Source of the DNA: a virus
Reading direction: 5' to 3' (one strand)
IMG/VR virus record: IMGVR_UViG_3300023112_001138
Span: 10,147-74,146 of that record
Length of the DNA stretch: 64,000 nucleotides
Part shown: piece after piece, positions 38,202 to 48,161 of the stretch
Position numbering within the stretch: position 1 is the stretch's first letter
Layout: each line of letters begins with the position of its first letter
The notes under the pieces: model-generated
What the model was told of the DNA's origin: nothing
Seen by the model: the letters and a program-made list of their open reading frames with translations, nothing else
Databases searched by the model: none
Position numbers and translations under genes: made by a program

Positions 38202-39839
38202 TTAATCACAAAATTTACCATCTTTAGTTTCACCCTTTTTAGAATTACCTAAACCACCTGCTGGGACTGGTAAATTAACTTTATTTAGTGCGGTTCCTAC
38301 TTTACCCGCAGCATCTTTTACGTTACCCATCGCTTTAGTTATTTTATCTTTAGTTTCCTCCCTTATATTAACATTAACTAATAAACTTTCCAAGGTTAAC
38401 TTCTGAATTTTTAATTTCTCTTGTATAATCCATTTTAATGCACATATTATTATAGGTTTTAAATTTTTTAAAATAAAAGGGATCAAAAGTTCATATATTA
38501 GTTTTCTTAATAGTTCACCTAATATGTTACCGATAATACACGCATTAAACTTTAAAAATTCCCCAGTAGAGGCGTATCTACTTTTATTTTCAACTAAGTA
38601 CCCCATCATAATTATAGGTACGTTAACCTTGGGTGATAGTGTTAATTTAGTTGTCACAATAGATAAACTATTTAAAAAATTACCAATAAAATCTCTTCTT
38701 GCCTTATCTACATCTCCAGAATTAACATTATTAGCGCTTTGTTCTGACATACTCCTCATAGACTTATCTATTTCTCCGGCCTTTTCAGAATTACTCATAT
38801 TAGGGTCACTTAATTTTTCATTTAATTCTGTTAATGATTCTATACTAACTGATGCCGTTTTTTTACTACAACATTCAGTAAATGGTCTAACACCCTTTTT
38901 ATTGTTTCTTACTGCCTCCTTTATATTTTTTAGTTCCGGGGTAGAGAATTCAAAAAATGAATCATCTACCACCACGTCTGCATCGTCAAGACCGTTATCT
39001 ATCATTTTTTCCAAACCTTTCTCAAACTCAATTTTTTTAGTAACACACGCAGTGGACATGTCTACGTTACTAGTTATTGATCCATATAGTAAATCTATGG
39101 TTGCAGGAATAACTTTCGATATATCAAAGGGTGGGAACTGACTAGTTATATATTCATTAGTAAATGTGGTTAAAGACTTTCCACTATATGAGGGGTTAAT
39201 TTTAATATTAAAAACATTATTTCTGGGGTCTTCGTTTTGTTGGGCTCCGGGGCTATTGGTAGAAACATTTGCGGCTTGTTCAATAAATGTAACATCTACT
39301 ATTGGGTTGTTACTTTTTGGGTCTTCCCATGTGGAAGATGTACCAGCATTTTGGATTCTGTCATATAGAAATCTGTTCATATCATCTCCACCATCATATA
39401 AAAATTGACCCGCTATTGAGCTTGGTGCGGTTTTAAACATACAATCTCTATCTATTTGTTCTAATTCTACATTAAACCCAACATCAAATAACCAACTAGG
39501 TATTTTAGGATTTATCTTACAAGTGTAACATTTTTTTATTGCTTCTTTTATAATGTCCCCCAATCTTTCTAGTAGAGGTTGTAAATTATTAACTAACCAA
39601 TCAACAATCAATGCTCTTATCTCATCTATTTTTAAATTACCTAAAACGGCCATAATATCCCTAAGAAAATTAATAACCGCAAAATTTACATTAATAGATG
39701 GTAATGATGTATCAATATTTAAAAAAGGTGGTCCAGCACAAAAAGATTTGATGCCTTTTATTTGATCCAGAACTTCTTGTTTTGCTTTACGAATATCTTC
39801 TATAGTATCGCATATTCTATTTTGTTCTCCGTCACCCAT
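38202..39839 (-). CDS. Hypothetical (likely baseplate/tail-associated) protein
   Basis: 545-aa ORF in a late operon. Confidence 0.7.
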   Translation of the reverse strand: MGDGEQNRICDTIEDIRKAKQEVLDQIKGIKSFCAGPPFLNIDTSLPSINVNFAVINFLRDIMAVLGNLKIDEIRALIVDWLVNNLQPLLERLGDIIKEAIKKCYTCKINPKIPSWLFDVGFNVELEQIDRDCMFKTAPSSIAGQFLYDGGDDMNRFLYDRIQNAGTSSTWEDPKSNNPIVDVTFIEQAANVSTNSPGAQQNEDPRNNVFNIKINPSYSGKSLTTFTNEYITSQFPPFDISKVIPATIDLLYGSITSNVDMSTACVTKKIEFEKGLEKMIDNGLDDADVVVDDSFFEFSTPELKNIKEAVRNNKKGVRPFTECCSKKTASVSIESLTELNEKLSDPNMSNSEKAGEIDKSMRSMSEQSANNVNSGDVDKARRDFIGNFLNSLSIVTTKLTLSPKVNVPIIMMGYLVENKSRYASTGEFLKFNACIIGNILGELLRKLIYELLIPFILKNLKPIIICALKWIIQEKLKIQKLTLESLLVNVNIREETKDKITKAMGNVKDAAGKVGTALNKVNLPVPAGGLGNSKKGETKDGKFCD

Positions 39840-40223
39840 TTAATCTAAATCATATTCTATATTATCTCTTGATTGTTTTTCATTAAATAACTCTCTTAAT
39901 GCGTCTTTGTCTTTATCTGAAAATGATTTATCACTAACATTTTCATCGTTAGATGACCTATTATCTGATACTATTTGACTTTGTAACTTTGCTAGTGATA
40001 ATTTCTTATCAATAGTAGAATCAATTAATTTTAATGTATCATTATTAACCTTCCCAATCATAGATTCATCGTTAACGTCATCTATATCTACTCTATTTTT
40101 TCTTTCATTTAATTCTTTACGAGCACTATTCATCATATTACTACAATCATTATAAATTTCTTGCATAAATTCACGCAAACTATCCTTATCTAAATGTATC
40201 TTAGTTTTTTTTGGTCTCGCCAT
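39840..40223 (-). CDS. Hypothetical helical late protein
   Basis: 127 aa; ATATTTAT at 40246-40239 on the minus strand. Confidence 0.7.
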   Translation of the reverse strand: MARPKKTKIHLDKDSLREFMQEIYNDCSNMMNSARKELNERKNRVDIDDVNDESMIGKVNNDTLKLIDSTIDKKLSLAKLQSQIVSDNRSSNDENVSDKSFSDKDKDALRELFNEKQSRDNIEYDLD

Positions 40224-40261
40224 AGGTTCCTTTTTACTATAAATATCAAAGATTAATATTT

Positions 40262-41002
40262 TTATAAAGATCCTTGATCTATCTTAATATTCTTTAACGC
40301 AGTATATATTTTTTTAAATCTCCTCATTGATACCCTAATATCTTTAGTAGATAACCCAGATATCTCCCTTATATAGGACAATATTAAATTTTTGTTATAT
40401 TTATTCCCACTTTCTACCTGCTCAAATATAGTTTCCCAGTCTTCTAACACTACAATTAATGCATTACCTACACGCTTTTCATTTTCAGTAATTTTTAACC
40501 CAGATAATTCTTCTTTAATGTTAGAGGATATTTCTAATATGAAAACATCTAGCGGTGTTTTATCTTCATCTTCTAAGTTATATATATAATCATCCATCTT
40601 CTCCACTGTTGAGTACATGTCTTCGTATGATAAATCAGATTTCATCTTTTTATCGGATTTTAATAATTGACCCAATAGATAATTTTTACAAATGGTACCA
40701 AAATAGGAGTATGCTTTTTTATTTTTAGATGGTTGAAACTTTTCCATCTTTGTGGCTAAAAAAGAAAGGGTGTCGGAATGAATATCTTCATAAGTGTAAT
40801 CTTTCCTATATAATTTATACCGCCTAATGATTGACTCAATCATCTTATTTAGTGGTGCCTTTAAAAATGTATTATATATTTTATTTCTTTCTTCGTAATC
40901 GTCAGAGGTTAAAAATTCAACAACAGCTTTTTCTTGTTCAGGGCCAAAGTATAAATTAGTTGTCCTTTTTCTACCCCTCTTGTTGGTGGGTTTTTCGGAC
41001 AT
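40262..41002 (-). CDS. Phage sigma factor (T4 gp55-like late sigma)
   Basis: LYFG..QE.AV; KMEKFQPSKNKKAYSYFGTICKNYL resembles the gp55 F.P.K...F.YF region-2 motif. Confidence 0.7.
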   Translation of the reverse strand: MSEKPTNKRGRKRTTNLYFGPEQEKAVVEFLTSDDYEERNKIYNTFLKAPLNKMIESIIRRYKLYRKDYTYEDIHSDTLSFLATKMEKFQPSKNKKAYSYFGTICKNYLLGQLLKSDKKMKSDLSYEDMYSTVEKMDDYIYNLEDEDKTPLDVFILEISSNIKEELSGLKITENEKRVGNALIVVLEDWETIFEQVESGNKYNKNLILSYIREISGLSTKDIRVSMRRFKKIYTALKNIKIDQGSL

Positions 41003-41799
41003 TAATTTGTTTCTAATTCATATGTTATTTCTCTATCTTCAGTGAAAAAATATTCTTTTTTAGCTTTATTAACCCAAAACTTACTTTCCATTACATCTAC
41101 AGTGTTTTTATAGTGATCAAACAATGAATCTTTTCTATTGTTAGTATGTTTATACCCTAGTTTTGGTATTACCATAATTGGTATGGATAAGTAACTCATT
41201 CTTAATAGGAATTCATATGTAAACGTTAACTTCATATGTGTTTTAATACCACCATGTTCCTCATATAATGATTTATTAACAATCATTCCATCGAAATTAA
41301 AATTCTGAATCCTCTGGAGTGTGTTATTATCTAATAACCCCATTTCTTCACTTACATTTTTACCCCATATAGTTTCATTTGTAAAAGAAATAAATTGACC
41401 ATTTTCATCACATTCAAATACTATAGGTAGGAAAACGCCAACTTCAGGGTATGCATTTACATACTCTACCCCATTTTTGATCCATATTTGGGACATTTCA
41501 TCATCATACTCTAAAAATGTAAAATACTCAGTATCGCATTTACTAACACCAAAATTCATTTGTGATGGAAACCCATAGTCTCCATTTGTATTCTCAACCA
41601 CCCTAGTTATTTCTTTTATCTCACCGTAATCAAACTTATCAAGTAGTGTTTTAAGTTTTTTATCTTTAGACCTAACTATTAATAATTCTTTAGGTTTAAC
41701 TGATTGTGTTGCGATACTAGTTATTGCTCTTTTTAATAAAGTTTCTGTATTTTCTTGTACCTCATGTATTGGTAATATTACTGTAATATTATTGGACAT
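41002..41799 (-). CDS. Glycosyltransferase family 2
   Basis: ITVILPIH..AITSI..Q, NFGV, FTFLEYDD. Confidence 0.85.
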   Translation of the reverse strand: MSNNITVILPIHEVQENTETLLKRAITSIATQSVKPKELLIVRSKDKKLKTLLDKFDYGEIKEITRVVENTNGDYGFPSQMNFGVSKCDTEYFTFLEYDDEMSQIWIKNGVEYVNAYPEVGVFLPIVFECDENGQFISFTNETIWGKNVSEEMGLLDNNTLQRIQNFNFDGMIVNKSLYEEHGGIKTHMKLTFTYEFLLRMSYLSIPIMVIPKLGYKHTNNRKDSLFDHYKNTVDVMESKFWVNKAKKEYFFTEDREITYELETN

Positions 41800-41811
41800 A
41801 TTTAATTATTT

Positions 41812-42957
41812 TTATTTTTTGTTATTTTCAATTTGTAATTCAGGGGTAGTATTTAATTTCTCCTGTTCTTTTTCCCCAATGGTTTGCAACTCAACTATCC
41901 TTCTACCAAAAATTCTATTATATACTTCTTTAATAGAATTTTTCATCTCATCTTCAGTATATTTAGATTTATATTCTTCCATTGATTCTAATAAATTAGT
42001 AGGGATAGCATCCTCTAAATATAATCCAACTACGGTTGCAATTATATCTGGTATTGCATTTAAATTTGCTGTCCATATACCATTATCATTTAAATTTAAA
42101 TTACCATTTTCATCCACAGCTCCCATCCATTCAGGAACCATTCTAGGTATCTTACCAACAACAGGTGTTCCACATTTCATAGATTCTATTGGGAATGTAC
42201 CAAAACTAGATAATTCGTCAACCCACACACTTAAAAAGGATTTGGATAATTCCTTAGCGAATTCTTCTCTAGGTAATCCAGACATATCTCTAAATGTGAT
42301 GAACTGATATTGTGGGTATTTTTGATAAAATATTTTAACTATTTTTAACACTTCTCTTTTATCTCTAGCTGATAATGCAACTGTAGGTATCTTTGGTTTT
42401 TCATTCTCTTTGAAATACTCTGGAATTGCCACAGGAACGATTTCAGTAGATAAATTCCTAAATATCGATTCTATATAATTTTTAAGATTTTCATTTGTGG
42501 TTATAACCTCATTAATACCAAAATTTTGCCAATTCTCACCAATTTCTAACATCTCAAACACATATTCATATGATTGTAGAAAAACTAATCGTTTACAAGG
42601 AAATTTAGATGTTTGTTTCATAACACTAGCGAATGCTTCAGGTATAACAACAAAATCTGATGGTCCAACTTGCAATGTTTGCGATTCGATAGAAACGTGT
42701 GGTAAATTGGCGTATTCTTCACCTAACCACTCAGCAATACCAATCCCAGTTTCATCTTCTCTAAGTTTATAATCATTTTTATCATGTAGAATTTGGGCAT
42801 TAAATCCTAATTCTCTTAATACCTTAACATGTTCATATATAGTTGCAACACCAGCAGTGGGGTTACCTTTCGTATCAAGGGTAAAAAAATAAATACCGAA
42901 GTCCTTATCGGTTATTTTTTTTATTGATTCATTTATTGCGTTAATTTGTTCACTCAT
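41812..42957 (-). CDS. GT-B (GT4-like) glycosyltransferase
   Basis: AGVATIYEHV, DFVVIPE, SSFGTFPIESMKCGTPVVG. Confidence 0.8.
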   Translation of the reverse strand: MSEQINAINESIKKITDKDFGIYFFTLDTKGNPTAGVATIYEHVKVLRELGFNAQILHDKNDYKLREDETGIGIAEWLGEEYANLPHVSIESQTLQVGPSDFVVIPEAFASVMKQTSKFPCKRLVFLQSYEYVFEMLEIGENWQNFGINEVITTNENLKNYIESIFRNLSTEIVPVAIPEYFKENEKPKIPTVALSARDKREVLKIVKIFYQKYPQYQFITFRDMSGLPREEFAKELSKSFLSVWVDELSSFGTFPIESMKCGTPVVGKIPRMVPEWMGAVDENGNLNLNDNGIWTANLNAIPDIIATVVGLYLEDAIPTNLLESMEEYKSKYTEDEMKNSIKEVYNRIFGRRIVELQTIGEKEQEKLNTTPELQIENNKK

Positions 42958-42969
42958 ATTTTTATTTTT

Positions 42970-43275
42970 TTATAATTCTTTTATTATTCCTTTCATTAGT
43001 AATGTATTAAAAGATAATTTAAAGGGTATCGGTAACGAATTTAATGCCATAATCCCCATTTTATCATCTATTATTTCACCACAACCTAATAATGTCCCCA
43101 CAAGATCTCGATACATTTCGTATTTTGCAACATCTATTTGTAAGGTATTTTGTATGATATTTTCCGATGATTCAACAACTGTAACAGGTTCATTATCTAC
43201 TTTAACTGCTTCTGACATCGCATCAATGTCTAAGTAAAATTCTTTTCCCCCAATTTCTAATAAAATATTATCCAT
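42970..43275 (-). CDS. Hypothetical protein
   Basis: Likely start MDNILLEIGG at 43275. Confidence 0.7.
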   Translation of the reverse strand: MDNILLEIGGKEFYLDIDAMSEAVKVDNEPVTVVESSENIIQNTLQIDVAKYEMYRDLVGTLLGCGEIIDDKMGIMALNSLPIPFKLSFNTLLMKGIIKEL

Positions 43276-43336
43276 ATGCTTTTTTAAAAAATGTAAAATA
43301 AGTATCCCCTTAAGTAAACACTTAAAAATTATTAAT

Positions 43337-43966
43337 TTATATATCCTCAAATTCAACAGTTTCCGTACTTAGTACCTTTTCTAAAGTATTTCTATCGTCT
43401 AATAGCTCTTTTAAATCGACTAATGTGTAATCAGAATCTATATTTTTATTATATTCGTTTATTACCTTTATTGATATCTTACCCGATGGTTTAATTTTTA
43501 ACGTTTCAGGGTTGGCGGTTATTAATATATCAACATGATCCCATTTTTTATCATAATCTCTAACAAATATTATATTATTTATTTTAGAGGATAATTTAGA
43601 TAAAAAGAATAAAGTTGCTGGTTTGCTATTATTTAACTCTTTGCTAATAACAATTGGTGTATGACCTAAATCTTCAATTATATTATGTAGTTGGTTTAGA
43701 TGTTCCACACTATTTAATTTAACTTCACCTGCGTGACCGAAAATCTCTAACGCAGCGTCTACATACATAAACTCATTAAGTTCCTTTGTACCACCTGAAA
43801 ATTCAAAATAGTCTAATAAATCTAAAGTTTTTATATCTCTTTCTGGTAATTCTTCTGTTTCTTCTTCCGATTCATCTATATCCACTGGGTAATATTTATC
43901 ATAAACTGACTCAAACTTTGTTATGAAATCTCTTATAACACCATCTATTGTAATACCTACTTTCAT
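43337..43966 (-). CDS. HAD-fold 5'(3')-deoxyribonucleotidase-like protein (degenerate motif I)
   Basis: VGITIDGVIRDF N-terminus; overall NT5C-like layout. Confidence 0.6.
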   Translation of the reverse strand: MKVGITIDGVIRDFITKFESVYDKYYPVDIDESEEETEELPERDIKTLDLLDYFEFSGGTKELNEFMYVDAALEIFGHAGEVKLNSVEHLNQLHNIIEDLGHTPIVISKELNNSKPATLFFLSKLSSKINNIIFVRDYDKKWDHVDILITANPETLKIKPSGKISIKVINEYNKNIDSDYTLVDLKELLDDRNTLEKVLSTETVEFEDI

Positions 43967-44112
43967 ACCTTTTCTATTTTATAAATTTTGAATATCTCTT
44001 TCTTAGGTAATTGTTTAACTTTAGAAAAATATTCTATAGCTAATTCCAATGAACTCTGTTTAGTGGTGTTTATTACTTCACCAGACATATTTTTTAATAC
44101 ATATTTATACAT
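43963..44112 (-). CDS. 49-aa hypothetical protein (not in ORF track)
   Basis: MYKYVLKNMSGEVINT...IYKIEKV*; fills the gap, ATGA overlap with the next gene. Confidence 0.7.
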   Translation of the reverse strand: MYKYVLKNMSGEVINTTKQSSLELAIEYFSKVKQLPKKEIFKIYKIEKV

Positions 44113-44116
44113 AAAT

Positions 44117-44872
44117 TTACCCTTCTAACTCTTCAAAAACCTTTTCGATTATTTTGATTACTGGGTTTCTAACTACATCGTCAGGGTTTCTAAGTGAAAC
44201 ACAACCAAAACCATCTATACCTTCAAACTTATCAATTACAACTTCTAATGAACTATTCTTAGGGTTCTTAATATCTTTTTGTTTAATATCACCAAGAATA
44301 ACCATCTTGGAGTTATCACCTATCCTCGTCATAAGGGTTCTCATATTCTGTATAGATATGTTTTGTGCCTCATCAATAATGATAATAGTATTATCTATAC
44401 TTCTTCCCCTAACAAATGCTAGTGGTTGTATCTGTATTAACCCCAACTCACGTAATTTATTAGTTAACGACTCACCAATAATCTTTTCAAAGTTATCAAT
44501 AAATGATATCATATAAGGATCCAACTTATCTTTCAAATCACCTGGTAAAAAACCTAATTCTTCACCTGGTAACTGTATAACAGATTTAACCAATAAAATC
44601 TTTTTATATTTAGGTTTTGTTTTAATTAGTTTAAGTGCTTCAGCACAGGCCAAAAACGTCTTTCCAGTACCTGGAAGTCCCGAAACTATAGTGATTTCAT
44701 TATTTTTAATAGACTCTATTACTAACTTTTGGTTTTCATTCTTACATTTAATATTTACAGACATCGACTTTAGGAATTTATCCTCCTCAGCGTTTTTCTT
44801 ATAAACAAAATTTTGTACTTCCTCTAATTCTTCTTCTGAGAGTTTACCTCGTCTTCTACTTGTTTTTGACAT
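44117..44872 (-). CDS. phoH: PhoH-family ATPase
   Basis: GLPGTGKT, ELGFLPGDLKDKLDPY, PLAFVRGRS, IDEAQN, TRIG, GD.KQ.D. Confidence 0.95.
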   Translation of the reverse strand: MSKTSRRRGKLSEEELEEVQNFVYKKNAEEDKFLKSMSVNIKCKNENQKLVIESIKNNEITIVSGLPGTGKTFLACAEALKLIKTKPKYKKILLVKSVIQLPGEELGFLPGDLKDKLDPYMISFIDNFEKIIGESLTNKLRELGLIQIQPLAFVRGRSIDNTIIIIDEAQNISIQNMRTLMTRIGDNSKMVILGDIKQKDIKNPKNSSLEVVIDKFEGIDGFGCVSLRNPDDVVRNPVIKIIEKVFEELEG

Positions 44873-44909
44873 ATATTAATAATAGCGTATTAATTAAATA
44901 TTGTGAATG

Positions 44910-45842
44910 TTATTTTCTAATATTATCATAATTAGATTCGAACCATTCTATTGTTTCTTTCAAACCATCATATAAAGGGGTAAATTTAAAGTTAGGTAAG
45001 TAATGTTTAATTTTACTATTATCACTTGGTTTTCTAAATTGACCGTCTGGTTTATTTTTATCGTATATAACTTCCCCTTTGAAATCCATTAACTCAACAA
45101 TAACCCCTACTACTTCTTTTATTGATATTTCTTCTGATGTTGATAATATAATTGGTTCATCTTCATTATAATTATCTAATACCCATTCTGTTAATTTAGC
45201 CACATCTTTATTATAGATAAATTCTCTTAATGGTTTACCACTTCCCCATATCATTAGTGGTGTGTTGGTTTCTCTAGCGATATAACATTTATGAATTAAT
45301 GAGGGTACGACATGTCCGTTTTCTATATCAAAGTTATCATTAATACCATATATATTTGTTGGGATAACTGATTTATAGTTTAAACCATATTGTTCTCTAT
45401 AAGCCCTGATTTGAACATCAGCCATTCTTTTAGCGTAGGCGTAAGCGTCATTTGAAAAGTGTGGTGGACCTAAATGTATTTTATCTTCCGTAAGTGGATA
45501 TTCTACATTATCTGGAAAAACACATGTTGATAAAAAACAAACTAGATTTTCTATCCCGTATTTTCTTGCGGATTCAATAACATTAGTATTGATCATAATA
45601 TTGTCATAAAAAAATTCACCTTTATAATTCATATTACCACCTAACCCACCTACTTTGGCGGCACAATGAATAACCGACCCCCAATCTGTAGAATTAATAT
45701 TATTAACATAGTTATTAAAAATATTTTTTGTTTCACCAATATTTCTAAGATCACAATCTGAAGAACTAAAATAACTATATTTTTCTCCCCTAAATTGTGA
45801 CCCAACTAAACCGTTGCCCCCAGTTACTAATATTTTACGCAT
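44910..45842 (-). CDS. fcl: GDP-L-fucose synthase
   Basis: TGGNGLVGS, HCAAKVGG, LSTCVFP, YAYAKR, PTNIYG, WGSGKPLREF. Confidence 0.95.
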   Translation of the reverse strand: MRKILVTGGNGLVGSQFRGEKYSYFSSSDCDLRNIGETKNIFNNYVNNINSTDWGSVIHCAAKVGGLGGNMNYKGEFFYDNIMINTNVIESARKYGIENLVCFLSTCVFPDNVEYPLTEDKIHLGPPHFSNDAYAYAKRMADVQIRAYREQYGLNYKSVIPTNIYGINDNFDIENGHVVPSLIHKCYIARETNTPLMIWGSGKPLREFIYNKDVAKLTEWVLDNYNEDEPIILSTSEEISIKEVVGVIVELMDFKGEVIYDKNKPDGQFRKPSDNSKIKHYLPNFKFTPLYDGLKETIEWFESNYDNIRK

Positions 45843-46869
45843 ATATAATATCTTTTTCTTTATAGTATTCTAACCAATACTCAATCATTTCATCTAACAT
45901 AGTTTCAAATGTATATTTAGGTTGCCAATCCAGTTCACTTCTTAATTTAGTGGAATCGCCCTTTAAATCGGTTAATTCTTCTGGTCTCATATGTTTACCT
46001 GAAATGGCAACATAATTTATATAGTTTAAATCTAATTTTTTAAAAACATATTCACAAAGTTCTCTAACTGAGTGTGAAACACCAGTGGAACAAACATAAT
46101 CATCTGGATTATCTGTCTGTAACATTAACCACATAGCTTCAATATAATCTTTAGCGTGTCCCCAATCTCTAGTTGCATCTAAATTACCTAAATGTAAGTT
46201 ATTTTGTAAACCTAATTTTATTTTAACTGCCGCCTTAACTACTTTATTGGTTACAAAATTAGTTCCACGTCTTGGTGATTCGTGATTGAACAATATCCCA
46301 TTCCATATTTTCATATTATAAGAATTTCTATAATTCCTACAAATATTATATGAAAATACCTTAGCACACCCATAAGGTGAAACTGGTGTCATCGGTGTGG
46401 TTTCTCTTTGATACCCATCAGCATCGATATTGTTACCAAACATTTCTGATGAACTTGCTTGATATATTTTTGAATGTGGAGATACCATTCTAACTGACTC
46501 TAATAAATTAAGTGTTCCCAATCCTGTTACATTGGCAGTGTATATTGGTTGATCGAAACTAACTTTTACGTGAGATTGAGCAGCTAAATTATATATCTCA
46601 TCTGGTTGTACCATTTGTAATACCCTCACTAGTGATGCCATATCTGTAAGATCGGCATATTCTAAATTAATTTTACCTGATGAACGAAGGTGTTCTATTC
46701 TTGTTGATTGTGTTTCTGATACAGAGTTTCTTTTTACTGTACCCCATACTTCGTAATTTTTTTCTAATAAAAACTCTGCAAGGTATGAACCATCTTGTCC
46801 GTTAATTCCAGTGATGAGACATTTACGACCCTTATAAACACCATTTTCTTTTTTCACTTCTTTTCCCAT
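45835..46869 (-). CDS. gmd: GDP-mannose 4,6-dehydratase
   Basis: ITGINGQDGSYLAE, NLAAQSHV, YQASSSEMFG, SPYGCAK, GILFNHESPRRG. Confidence 0.97.
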   Translation of the reverse strand: MGKEVKKENGVYKGRKCLITGINGQDGSYLAEFLLEKNYEVWGTVKRNSVSETQSTRIEHLRSSGKINLEYADLTDMASLVRVLQMVQPDEIYNLAAQSHVKVSFDQPIYTANVTGLGTLNLLESVRMVSPHSKIYQASSSEMFGNNIDADGYQRETTPMTPVSPYGCAKVFSYNICRNYRNSYNMKIWNGILFNHESPRRGTNFVTNKVVKAAVKIKLGLQNNLHLGNLDATRDWGHAKDYIEAMWLMLQTDNPDDYVCSTGVSHSVRELCEYVFKKLDLNYINYVAISGKHMRPEELTDLKGDSTKLRSELDWQPKYTFETMLDEMIEYWLEYYKEKDIIYA

Positions 46870-46904
46870 TTGTATTTATATTGTTTATTTATATTTACTT
46901 GTAA

Positions 46905-48158
46905 TTATAATTTAATTGCTTCTAAATTCAAACTCATTAATGTTCCATTTTTTTTATCCATATGTGGGAGATAGGCTTGGCTATAATCATCTATTTCTCT
47001 ATGTGATGTTTTTCGCCAATCCCATTCTTTTACTTTATAAAATCCAACATCCAACAATGATTTAGTTAGATTTTCTTTAGTAAAAATCATTCCATGATAA
47101 TCATATTTATTTCTTTGTCCACCTACTAATAATCCAGTTATTAAAGATAAATCATGGGTTTTATTATAATGTTCAATTATTTTATCTAAATCGGGCACTG
47201 CCAACCTTAAAATACCGCCAGGTCTTAATTTTTTAAACCATGTTTTTAAAACGTCTTTATATTCATATCTACCAAAATGTTCTAAAATGTGACTTCCATA
47301 GATTATATCATAAGAATCATCTTCAATGGAAGAAAGATGTTTAACGTCTTCTATTTTATCTACCCTTTCTTTATTATCAATATCTATATTTTCCCATCCC
47401 TCCATATATCTTTTACCGCACCCCACATGTAATTTTTTAATTTTACTAATAGGTGGATTAATGATTAAACTTTTTTCTTGGGTTTTTGTCATGGGAGGAT
47501 GGTGATGTTTAGACACATGAAACCCTGTTGTAATATCTAAGACTGGAAAATTTTCCTTATTATAATTTTTATCAATAAAAATCAAATTTACATTAGGGAT
47601 ATGAGCAATTAATTCATATCCTCGTTCATTTGCTAATTTAGTTAATGCTAACCCACTAGCTCCGTAAAATTGTGTATTATCCCATTCATGTTCCGGATTA
47701 TAAGGAACAGTTGTAGATTTTTCCCAATTGGAATTATATTCTACAATAACTACTTTGGGTTTAAATCGTAAATTATCCCATATCCAATAATCACACCCAT
47801 CTAAATCTAAGGACAAAATATCAAAGTCTATGGGGGTATTAGTCTTTATTAAAATTTCATCTAAAGTATCACCTTTTTCTAATGATACCATTTTATTAAT
47901 ACAGGATATATTATTATATGGTTTCATATTCTTAAGTAGTGTAGAATATTTTTCTTTATCACCCTCTATTAACGTAGCTGACCACCCTTTGGTAATGAGA
48001 TTATATACATTACTATATTTTATTCCGTCCCAAGCACCTAATTCTACTGAATGCCCATTTTTTATATTTAAAGTATTAAATATTGCTTCTATGATGCCAT
48101 CCTCTCCTCTTTGACTCCATACTTTCTTTTTATATTCATTTAAGTTTTCCATAATCAA
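46905..48158 (-). CDS. Fused double methyltransferase (FkbM-like plus class I SAM-MTase)
   Basis: SQRGEDGII..ELGAWDG..LSLDLDGCDYWIW; then KLHVGCG..SHILEH..LRPGGILRLAVPD. Confidence 0.8.
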   Translation of the reverse strand: MIMENLNEYKKKVWSQRGEDGIIEAIFNTLNIKNGHSVELGAWDGIKYSNVYNLITKGWSATLIEGDKEKYSTLLKNMKPYNNISCINKMVSLEKGDTLDEILIKTNTPIDFDILSLDLDGCDYWIWDNLRFKPKVVIVEYNSNWEKSTTVPYNPEHEWDNTQFYGASGLALTKLANERGYELIAHIPNVNLIFIDKNYNKENFPVLDITTGFHVSKHHHPPMTKTQEKSLIINPPISKIKKLHVGCGKRYMEGWENIDIDNKERVDKIEDVKHLSSIEDDSYDIIYGSHILEHFGRYEYKDVLKTWFKKLRPGGILRLAVPDLDKIIEHYNKTHDLSLITGLLVGGQRNKYDYHGMIFTKENLTKSLLDVGFYKVKEWDWRKTSHREIDDYSQAYLPHMDKKNGTLMSLNLEAIKL

Positions 48159-48161
48159 TTT

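Noticed and set aside
39840-40223. Terminase small subunit
   Set aside because: Size and late motif fit, but there is no recognisable motif and it is far from TerL; left as hypothetical
44117-44872. phoH as a novel auxiliary gene
   Set aside because: Very common in T4-like aquatic phages
46870-46904. Two T4-type TATAAATA boxes on the sense strand upstream of gmd
   Set aside because: Isolated case in an A-rich 5' UTR; the structural genes use the opposite orientation, so chance is as likely
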